A stretch of 55,794 nt of DNA, the filler included, from Ionaspis alba (lineage: Eukaryota), in the NCBI GenBank assembly GCA_964255285.1. It is 2 parts of 2 records of this genome, joined end to end, with 100 filler letters (N's around TTAATTAATTAA, not from the genome) between each part and the next. Parts side by side here need not be neighbours in the genome. Positions count along the whole stretch, not along the records: positions 1 to 27,909 come from CAXUUL010000132.1; 1 more part is not named here. The stretch is one strand, 5' to 3'. The notes under the pieces were generated by a model. That model was not told where the DNA came from and searched no databases. It saw only the letters and a program-made list of their open reading frames with translations. Shown here one piece after another: positions 12,970 through 23,322 of the stretch (position 1 is the first letter of the stretch; every line of letters begins with the position of its first letter). The position numbers were made by a program, and so were the translations under genes.

Positions 12970-15601
12970 ATGACAGCCCGCAAATTCACCATGCCTGGCT
13001 CACTCAACGAAAGTCTTGCCTCGAAACCATCTTCGTCCGCTAAGGATACACAAAACAAGTCCACACCATCTTTTACCCCTGCCCAAAGTGAGCCCCTGGC
13101 TTCTCAGAAAAAGGAAGTCAAACCTGGCATTACTTTCGCTGCCCAAGACAAGCTTCCGAAGCTGCCGATACCTGAGCTTGCAAGCACTTGCGAAAAGTAT
13201 CTGGAAGTTCTAAAGCCTCTCCAAACATCTCGGGAACAGGAAGACACTATTGCCGCTGTAAATGAGTTTCGGCGCAGAGATGGCCCGGTTTTACAGGACA
13301 GGCTGAAGAAGTATGCGACCGGAAAGACCAGTTACATTGAGCAGTTCTGTAAGTCATTCTAATAGTCACCTCAACGTCGTTGCGGGAGTTGGGGACGCTA
13401 ACGAACGTAGGGTACGATTCGTATCTGAATTTCGACAACCCCGTCGTGCTGAATCTAAATCCATTCTTCCTGCTGGAAGATGACCCTACTCCTGCTCGTA
13501 ATAACCAAGTTACTCGTGCTGCATCTCTAGTCATTTCTGCTTTGGAATTTGTTCGTGCAGTCCGGAAAGAGGAACTACCTCCGGACATGATCCGAGGGAA
13601 CCCACTCTGTATGTATCAGTACTCTAGGCTCTTCGGAACTGCTCGGGTGCCGACAGAAAATGGCTGTCACATTGGCCAGGATGAAGGCGCGAAGCATATG
13701 GTTGTGCTATGTCGAGGCCAATTCTATTGGTTCGATGTGCTTGACGACAACTCCGATGTGATCATGACAGAGAAAGACATGGCCATCAATCTACAAGTCA
13801 TTGTCGACGATGCGCAACATACACCAATCCAGGACGCTGCAAAGGGTGCCTTAGGAGTGCTGAGTACAGAGAATCGCAAAGTTTGGGCAGGTCTTCGAGA
13901 TGTGCTCACACGGGACGAAGACTCGAATAACGCTGAGTGTCTCAGCACCGTGGATTCTGCCCTGTTCATTCTTTGTCTAGATTACACGGAACCGAAGAGT
14001 GGACCTGAACTATGCGGCAATATGCTGTGTGGCACCAGCGAGGTAGTCAAAGGTGTCCAGATCGGGACTTGTACCAACCGCTGGTACGACAAGTTGCAGA
14101 TCATTGTCTGCAAGAATGGAAGCGCAGGAATCAATTTCGAGCATACTGGCGTTGACGGTCATACTGTTCTACGGATGGCAAGCGACGTGTACACCGACAC
14201 GATCTTGAGATTCGCAAAGAGCATCAATGGCCAAGCGCCGAGTCTGTGGACCTCCACAAGTCCAGATCCATCTAAAAGAGATCCAGAGAGCTTTGGAGAT
14301 GTCAGCACTACTCCTCATAAATTGGAGTGGGATATGCTTCCGGAGTTGAGCACAGCTTTGCGATTTGCAGAGACAAGATTGGCAGATCTGATCCAACAGA
14401 ACGAGTTCCAGACATTGGAGTTCGCAACCTATGGCAAGAATTTCATCACATCGATGGGCTTCTCGCCCGATGCCTTCGTTCAAATGGCCTTCCAAGCAGC
14501 ATACTATGGACTCTACGGGCGTGTCGAATGTACCTATGAGCCAGCAATGACAAAAATGTTCTTGCACGGACGTACAGACGCTGTTCGGTCTGTGACGACT
14601 GAGTCCGTCAACTTTGTGCAAACTTTCTGGGCAGACAACCCCGCGCACAAAAAGGTCGAAGCTCTTAAGAAGGCAACTCAGCGGCACACAGCCATCACAA
14701 AAGACTGTTCCAAAGCCATGGGCCAGGATCGCCACCTTTATGCGCTGTTCTGTGTCTGGCAGCGAGCACTGGACGAGGAAGGCGCCGAAGCTGCCAGCAG
14801 TAATGGAATGAGCTCTGATGGCCGCTCCCTTTCTCCTGATTTGGGGTCGGAAGATCCCAACTCATCTGTGGGATCTCCAAAGCTAAATCCAGCACTCACC
14901 GACGAGGTTTCGCCCAATGGCTCGTCAGCTAATGGCCGTCCTGCTGCGCAGCAAATGCCAGCGATCTTTGCGGATGGAGGTTGGGATAAGATCAATAACA
15001 CTATTCTTTCGACGTCAAACTGCGGGAATCCGTCCTTACGCCAGTTCGGCTTTGGGCCTACCTCTGGTGATGGCTTCGGTATTGGATACATCATCAAAGA
15101 TGACTCCATCTCCATCTGTGCGAGCTCCAAGCATCGGCAGACGAAGCGTTTTGTCGATGCAATCGATGCCTATCTCCTGGAGATCCGTAAATTACTGATA
15201 CAGACGCAACGTAAGACTACTTCTCCCAGAGCAAGCAAAGCTCGTGACCAAGAGCAACGACCGAGTCTCGGGAGTCGGTATAAGACCAAGGGTAAGGTCA
15301 TTGATGTCAAGAGCGAGTCGAAGAACGCCGAGACGATTGATGACAAGGCGGAAAGTGAGGATGATGAGTTGGGAGGATGTAAGCCTCTTCGTTTCCCTGC
15401 GGTGCCTTGCCTTCGTTGGCGTGTCAGAGTGTTTCGCTAACCATCTCTACTCGCTCCACAGACGGCTTCTTCGATGCTGGAATGCTATTACAAGCCCTCA
15501 AGTCCAACCAGGACGAGAAGGACAGGCTGAATAATGAGAAAGCCACAGTCGCGCAGGCACGTAGAGCCGTTGGGAAGAAGTTGAGGTTGAGCGAATATTG
15601 A
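12970..15601 (+). CDS. facC: Carnitine O-acetyltransferase, FacC/Yat1 type; 3 exons
   Basis: 'QDKLPKLPIPEL', 'NRWYDKLQIIV...GINFEHTGVDGHTVLR' (catalytic His), 'SPDAFVQMAFQAAYY', 'LSTSNCG...GFGP', and the FacC-type tail 'YGFFDAGMLLQAL...VGKKLRLSEY'. Confidence 0.92.
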
Positions 15602-16536
15602 TAGCCAGGCGGCTTGGATGGTATTACCGTAGGCGAACATACATAGCTTTAACCATCGATCGTAGTCTTTGCAGCATTGCAGATTTCGTAATTCCAGCGA
15701 ATTTTTTGTTATGGTAAAGTGAGAGATCGTCGTTGCTATCAATCTTAGAAAATCAACCCTCACTTTGCCACAAATAACCACCCAACAGGAAACCAAACCC
15801 ATCAACTGTCAACGGATCCACCAACAGATTCATCTCAAACTTGCAGAGATAAGGCAGCTAGTATATCTCTACCATTTGATCGAATAAGAAGTTCCCGCGG
15901 TCCCTAAAGCTTTCTCTAGACTCCTCGACGACGAATCCCCATACAAAAAAGTGGCCACTAAACTGTGCAGTTGTCTGTCAGGTTGAAGTCCTTGAAATTC
16001 TGACACAGATCATGTGACGACCAGATTCGGCAATCTTGCCATACTTCCTCTTCCAGACTACGTGCAGCCGACATCCTTAGCTTGCGCAGAATACTCCCCG
16101 TCCCGCTGCGCTTTTAGGGTTTAGGTGAGAACTTGCCCGCCCCAGCACCCTGGTCGGGCACTTTTGAGTTGCTTGGACTGAGTGTATGCCAATCATTCAT
16201 TAAGCAGAAAATTTTGTAGATGCAACATTTGAAGCCGCCAATATAGTGCTCAAGATTTGTTAAAGATCTTTATCAATTATGAAACTTTATGATAAGCTTT
16301 CAGATAAAGCTACCGTACTCGGGAAGCCTTGACGGACTTTCCCTGGTACACTTCTCACCAAGATCGCATTCGCAAATTCCCTCCAACACGGCATCCGCTG
16401 CCGATCTAAAATCCACTGTAGAAACGACTACACACTCTGACCATATTGGCACAATCGCGACAAGGTCCTCCTTAGGCGAACAAGCCACCAGGCCGAGACA
16501 CCGAAGAAATGTTCAGGCACAATCGCACAGCTATAT

Positions 16537-17908
16537 TCATTCATCATCCATCAACTCCGCTAACTCTGCCTCTTCTTCCGCCGTCAAACCCCCTTCTACC
16601 TCCTTAATTTTCTCCTCTTCCTCCTCCTTCACCATTCCCATCCTCCTCTCCTCCGCCTCCCTCCTTGCAACTCCCAACGCCGTCTCTCCTAAATCCCACA
16701 CTCTGATCGTCGCATCAATCCCCACACTAACCACCCTATCCCCAACGACCACCAACCCCGTAATCTCATCAAAATGCCCCTCATACCGATGCCACAGCTC
16801 GCCAGAGCTCCGATCCCAGATCTTGACGTCCTCATCCCGCCCGGCTGTGATAACCCATTTCTCGTCCGTGGACAGCACGACGGCCCGGACGTAGTCGCCG
16901 TGCGGAAAGGTGGTGTCAGCTTCCCATTTGTGGGTCCGAGAGAGGCATTTGGCGGTCCCGTCCGCGGAAGCGGTGTAGAGATCGGGCGGATCGGTGGTTG
17001 GGGAGGTGGTGGGTGCAAAGGCGAGGGCGTATATGGAGGTTTCGTGTGGAGTTAAGGGTGTCGTTGTTGCGAGGATTGAACCGGTCAAGGAAGCAGGGGC
17101 TGGGGTGATATTTAGAGCCCAGCGGAGGATGGTGCGATCTGAGGATGCGGAAAATAGGGTGACAGGTTCGGTAGTGTCATCGGTAAAGTCTTCGAAGGAG
17201 GCGTAAGGATTGGGTAGAGTCGCAGGGTCGACAGCAAGTGCGAGCACACCCATGGAGTGGCCTTTCAGAAGTTGTAGTCTTTCTCCTGTGTTGGCATTCC
17301 AGATTATGATGCTCGCGTCCGAAGAGCCAGAGATGAGTATGTCGAAAGGGAGGGAGGGGAGGCGGAGGCTAAGCACACACTTTACGAAATCGCTATGGCC
17401 GCTGAATCTGGTTTTGGAAACTAGAGTCGAGACATCCCAAGACCAAGTTGTTTTATCCCAACAACCGGCATAGAGAGTTTGAACATCGGGAGATAGAGCA
17501 AGAGAAGTCAAGGGAGCAGTGGGACCACGGAAGATGTGTGCCTTAAGGCCCGCCTATAGAATAGGACGTGTCAGCTACTTGGACCGTTAGCGAGCAAGGA
17601 GGGAAGAATTGATTAGGTTTTGGTGGCTCGAGTATTTCGTACCTACTTCTAATGTCACCCTTCTGGCTGTTCCCGAAGCTTCGGCAACATAGACGGGGCC
17701 AGAGTCAGCAGGGTCTGCGATGACAGCGAGGATCTTTGAGGGAAGTCGGATGGGAGAGCCATTGTTGTTCTTGGACTTTGAGGCTTTGCGGCTGGCTTGG
17801 GTGATTGAGTCTCTGCAATTTGTCAATCTCTAAACAACACGGGGATGGAGTCAGGCAGAATATCTACGTTGTCTGGAAGAAGTGTTCCGGATCTGTGGAT
17901 TTGGACAT
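16537..17908 (-). CDS. WD40-repeat protein; 3 exons
   Basis: Repeats 'FSGHSDFVKCV...SGSSDASIIIWN', 'TAGRDEDVKIWD', 'GHFDEITGL...SVGIDATIRVWD'. First exon MSKSTDPEHFFQT starts at ATG 17908. Confidence 0.85.
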
Positions 17909-18326
17909 TGTTCCTAGTCATGTTAGTAGCTCGCGGCAACCTTACCGTATAAACATCCCTTTCCAGCTAGCCGCCCGCATATCGACTAAGACTTCGTAAA
18001 CGCTCAAAGCGGGATCCCACTCCAAAGCTTTCAAAGACAAAAAGCAGAGACAAAATGAGTTGGACTAACGCGACGAGATCTCAGCAAGGCGTCGGGCCTA
18101 GTTCAGCTGAATTTGTGCCGCAGATATGTTTTCGTTTTGAGTCTTTGTTCGCAAAACAGCTTCGACTTATAATGACCCTTCCTCCTCCGCCTTCTTGTCC
18201 TGCTTTTCGTTGCCAGATTCACCTCTCTCCGTCCCAGCTGTTCTACTTCTATAGAACTGCGATCCGGCCTTTGGCTTTTCTACCATTTTCGAGCCCTGCA
18301 TTCCAAAGCTTGTGCTATTCGCTCTT

Positions 18327-19850
18327 ATGGGCGCTTCAGCCAAGCCACGTCGACGGGTGATTCGAGTGATTCCTATCAGTCACTGGACACAACAACCGAG
18401 CCTTGACGAAGCGTACGAATCTATCTCCTCTTCGAATTATTCGAGTTCTTCGGATGGCTCCGTCGAGTCTCTCGTACAGCGGGACGCTGCCGAAGAAGGC
18501 TCAGACCTACCAGCTTCCCCCAGGGAATCATCCTACACCAATGAGGAGCGGGCCAGCCAGCTATTCCGTTTCCTCTTGGCCTCTACCGGTCACCTTTATC
18601 ACAAAGTCTTTGCTTATTCCAGTGGACTTCTCCATACGTTCTGTGCCTGTACGGTTCAGCTTCTTCACACACTCCGATGCTTCCCGAAACAGCTGCAAGA
18701 AGTACTTGGGAATGTACTGTCTTATTTCAAGACGCGCAAAACTATCGTCTTAGCAATTACGATCCTTGTCTACCTTTTCTGCACATTCCTGACCTTAGTG
18801 CCCGAGTTGTTATGCGAATCTCCACTGCGGCCAAGTACCCTTGCAATCTGTCCAGATCCACCTCGACATCCCGAATTCACCCGTCTAGCAATTGCGCAGT
18901 CCAAAATAGAAATAGTGCAGCAAGTGGGCTATGAAACTGCGAAGATTCCATGGCTTCTTTTGGTAAGCGAAGCTCGTTTGAGGGAATTAGCGGTGGTAGT
19001 TGAACTTAGCGATTTGCCTTCTGGGTATGTTCAAATTGAATTGAGAAGAATCAATAATCTTGAATGACCTGGCAGACTGACATGCGTCAATAGAACTGAA
19101 TTGGGAAGAGTGATCCGAGAGTGTGAAAAGCTCACTGACAAGGCTGGTGACAATGTACTAACCCTTGCAGCTCGTTTGACGCGAACTGTGGACGTAATCA
19201 TCTTCATAACCAAAGTGACGCTCGATACCCTACACAAGATCACGAACAGCCCAGACGGAGAAAGAGGCTTGCTCACTAGATTCACTGATAGAGCGCTCGG
19301 ACCTTTCGTCACCGCCATGTTATCACCAGAGGAAATGGCCCGAAACCGATTTATCGCGCACATTGATACACTGAACGAGGAAATAGACGACACTCTATTA
19401 GTGGCAGAGACGACAAAGCGTACTCTAGTTTCCCTTTCCAGTAGGCTCGAACATGTTCGGATTCCTGGGGAGGACAAGAAAGCTATCACTGCTGGGCAAT
19501 GGCAAATCACCCGAAAATTGTCAGCCATATTTGGATCCAATTCGGAAGAGCGTGATATCCTCAAAGAGAAATCTAAGATCTTACATCAGGTTTTGGACCA
19601 AAAAAAGGTTGCGTCGGATCAGGTAGACGACATCAGGGTCCTGCTCTCATCATTAAAAGCTGAACTGGCGGATCTGCGTGAAACAGCGGTGAAGCCGGGG
19701 CTGGCATGGGACATTGGGCCGCTGCAGGTTCAGAAGGAACATTTTCGGAAGACACTGGAGACGCTCGATGCAGGGAAAAGAGAGGCGGCAGCGGCGACGG
19801 AAGAATTCAACGCCAAAATAACTGGAAGGAGAACCAAGAGAATGGATTGA
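18327..19850 (+). CDS. Hypothetical protein with one predicted TM segment and a helical/coiled-coil C-terminal half; 2 exons
   Basis: ORFs 18312-19067 and 19101-19850 join via a GTATGT...ACTGAC...TAG intron (about 19026-19093). Hydrophobic 'TIVLAITILVYLFCTFLTLV'. Start codon uncertain. Confidence 0.7.
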
Positions 19851-20394
19851 AGAAGTCACTGTTGTTGATGGTCATGAAGTTTCTAAAGTTGCGCACGTCA
19901 TGAGAGAATGGACGGAGGCTCCCACACCAACAGGTCCACAAGCCGCCGGATACTACAGCTCAACGACATGTGCTATCGCCGTCAACGGTAAGCATTGGTG
20001 ACGGTTTGAGATCCCGAAAGGCAATTCGCTTCTGGTTGCTGATCCGAAAAATTCATGATGGCAACAACACGTATGACGCTCTGTATTGAGGTCAGGCAAA
20101 GAGCTTTGGCTGATTGGAGAAGTAGCTTTCGTTTTCGCCCAGGCTTGAGACGTTGCTTATCAGTGTTTTCATTTTTACAGAATGATCGGCTACATTACAC
20201 CACGTTTGCACGACTTCCGTCGGCTGATATAAATCCTACGTGCTTCCCCTCTGATGCGTGAATATGTGCAGTGAATCATCGATCAACCTCATGATCAAGA
20301 AGCCATGACTTGACCGTTCTCTCATCTCCCCGCAACTTCCACTACGATCATTGCTTTATCTATCTCTATGTTCTCCAAATTTGAATAAAAGCCA

Positions 20395-21194
20395 ATGCCT
20401 ACTCTAAAGTACCTTACTCAGGAGGAAGGAGACCAACAAGATGTGCTACAGCCATACCTCGTTGCAGATCGTGAGGAGCCAGACCATGAGAACAAGGCTC
20501 TTCTAAGTTACACACCACGTACGGGTGCTGCTATCGACATTGAAGCAAGGGACGTTACGCTTCCCAGGTCATACACATATCAATTGACTTTCTCGTCGAC
20601 CATCATCTCATCGACGATTTCTCCTCCTCCCATCAGCTACACCTATCAACTCACTTTCTCCACTCCTCGTACATCAGAGCTGTCAGCATCATCTGCGAGT
20701 TCTGATTCTGAAGCAGCGGCTAAGACCCAGGGACCAGCCCTCAGGCCTGCACCTCCAGCAGTGGCAACATCATCGACAGCTGCAACGACCGCTTTGGAAA
20801 CGAGTAAGTGCGGGTTTACTACAGAGACCTCTGTAGGCTGTCTACTAAGGAAAGCATAGCAGCCGCATCTTTGACCCTGTCTGGTCAACCAGCACCAAGC
20901 ACTACGGTCTTTCTTATTACTGGTCCCACCACCTTTTTCACCAGTACTGCACCCACGAGCTCACTCCCCTCTACCAATATTCCTCTACCCATTGGCGGTT
21001 CTGCCGACTCCTCCACTGTGGTCCTAGGCACGACGCCAGGTACTAAGGCAGCACTCGCCGCTTTTATAATCCTACCGCTCGGGTTCCTGATCCTGGTATC
21101 TCGAATCATTAGTGAGTACAAAAGGTTTTCCAAAAGCTGCCTCTATGATCGCTAATCTTGTGACGGTACAGTCAAGAAGCATATAAAAGGTTAG
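20395..21194 (+). CDS. Ser/Thr-rich protein with C-terminal TM helix (tail-anchored-like); 3 exons
   Basis: Introns GTAAGT 20804..TAG 20859 and GTGAGT 21112..CAG 21171 give a continuous frame ending 'AALAAFIILPLGFLILVSRII-IKKHIKG*'. Confidence 0.55.
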
Positions 21195-21849
21195 TTTACC
21201 ATCTCTTTGAGATGGCATTCTGGGAGTGGCCGATTGCTTGATTTTTGTGTTAGCATAGGAGCCTGGCGAACGGTTTCGGTCATGTATATTCCTGCAAGGC
21301 GAGGCATGCGATATGTATTGTCTGTATGAGAAGATATCTCGGTCGCAGCCATGGGTTCCAGCGAGTTTGTGGGTTTTGGTGGTACTTGAGTTTTCAGTTC
21401 ATGCTTTGGGCTTTCGGGTGATCTGTTTCCAGCTGATTTGACTTTACAGGCAAATCACTCGACAATTTCTGTGAGAAGTAGAGATGTAGGACAGGAAGCG
21501 ATGAGAGACAGGCGTAGGAATTCTGGACAGTTGTAGCCTGCTGCATAATAGATCTGCAAGAAAATCGAGCGCCAACTAATGGTCCTAGATCACACATATG
21601 TGAATGCAATGCATAGACTACAAGTTTGACTGTGTCTCAACAACATCTGCCATTACTTAGGTTTATCAACATCGCCAGCAATCCAGAACCGTAGAAAAGG
21701 AACAAGCTCCTCTAACGCACGTAAGAGACTAAGGCCGACTCGCAAACGGCAATGTGTACGCCAGTCCTGCTCCCAGAAAGTTCGGCAGTGACTGTTTCAA
21801 CCTTGATCATGAATGCATTCTGTCCCGAAAGCCGTGCCCATGCAATACT

Positions 21850-22847
21850 CTAGCAACAACCGCCTGCCGATCCCGACTGAACTCCTTGACCCTGTCCTAC
21901 TTGTACTGTGGGTTTGTTGTTCACGGTCGTAGTGCCTATTCTCTCTTTGATCTGGCGGGCCATCGTTAAGAAGGCTTGCTCGACGTTCGAGGCGTTCTTG
22001 GCCGAGGTCTCGAGGAAGGGGATGCCGAGGCTGTCCGCGAATTCCTGTTTTTGAAAGATCATTTAGTACTGAACGAGAAAATGCAACGCGTCTAGGGACT
22101 GTTAGCCCTACCTTCGCCACAGTGTATTCCACAACTTTCTTGTCTGACATATCGCTCTTGTTGCCTACCAGCAACTTATTGACGCCCTCCGTTGCATAGC
22201 GATCAATTTCTTGAAGCCATTGCTTCACGTTGTTGAACGAGTCCATATCCGTCACATCGTAGACAACACAGATTCCATGTGCACCACGGTAGTAGGAAGA
22301 GGTGATAGTTCGGAATCGCTCTTGTCCAGCAGTGTCCCACTAGGATCGCGGTCAGATCAGGCTCTCAAGCTTTCATAGACTATCCGCTCACGATTTGTAA
22401 CTTCACCGTCTTCCCATCAAGCTCGATTGTCCGGATTTTCTGTGCTCTGCCATCAGCCTATCCTCTGGTGCTGCGCCACGGACTTCCGTCATAGGGGTAT
22501 CCATACAAAGTCAACACCGATTGTGGAGATATAGCTCTCCGTATATGTGTCATCCGCGAATCGCAAGAGCAAGCAAGACTTTCCGACACCCGAGTCACCA
22601 ATAAGGAGGAGCTTAAAAAGGTAGTCGTATCTGCCATAACGTTCTTGTCAGCTTCGGCATTCCATATCTCCAGAAGAGGACCAGAAGTGGCCGGGCCGAT
22701 TCAAAGTAGCTGTCTAGGCTACCTGTAAAATATGGCGAGGCACTCTATTTCGGCACGATGATCAGCATTGTTCTGGGATCAAGTTCCATAGCGTCTGGCC
22801 AGAAAGCCAACAAAATATACTACCGAGACGTACCACTCAGGATTCAT
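21850..22847 (-). CDS. ypt1: Rab1/Ypt1 GTPase; exons 22847-22837, 22630-22507, 22439-22392, 22339-22112, 22044-21850
   Basis: Spliced [28 protein letters not shown]...[12 protein letters not shown]...[20 protein letters not shown]...GNKSD...ETSAK...GGCC (geranylgeranylation motif). Confidence 0.97.
22631..22836 (-). other. Candidate [D3,4] stwintron: internal intron 22833-22745 nested in the donor of external intron 22836-22631
   Basis: Minus strand reads GA|GTG[GTACGT...GCTGAT...TAG]AGT...GCTGAC...CAG|ATAC. Removing the bracketed intron creates GTGAGT, and the second splice restores MNPEYDY. Confidence 0.85.
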
Positions 22848-23322
22848 GGTGATGATGTGCGAAAAGGCGGATCACAAAGGGGTCAAAGGGGAAGAGATCG
22901 AGATAGCTTAGGTCGTAGGGTTCGAGAATGTATCGGTGAGGTGGAAATCAGATGTCTTGATAGAGATCACGATGAATAGGTCACTCGTCAGTCGGTTGGA
23001 TGCTGAGCCCGATGACGGATTGGGAATGGTCAAGGGATCACGGATAATCATTTCACCTAACGTCAACGCCTTTCTGGGATCACTAGGGCGGCGGCTTCAA
23101 ACCGTCTGCCGCCAAGTCAAATTATGCTCCTATCTTGTAGCTAGCAGTAGTGGAAGCTGTGCCTTTGAAAATTGAAGTTTCGTTCCAGGAAAGTTCAGCA
23201 GTTGCGGACTTCTATATTGACCTCTAAAGTCGAGAACCTGTCACCAACCCCAATTTGTCCAGAACCAATCACCGTTTTGATGTCCGTCTCACAGAACGAG
23301 GCCCTACATTGGAAACAACGGT

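Noticed and set aside
16073..16090. ATCCTTAGCTTGCGCAG as a U4 snRNA 5' end
   Set aside because: The U4 kink-turn and U6 stem I pairing motifs are absent. Kept only as an unassigned ncRNA candidate.
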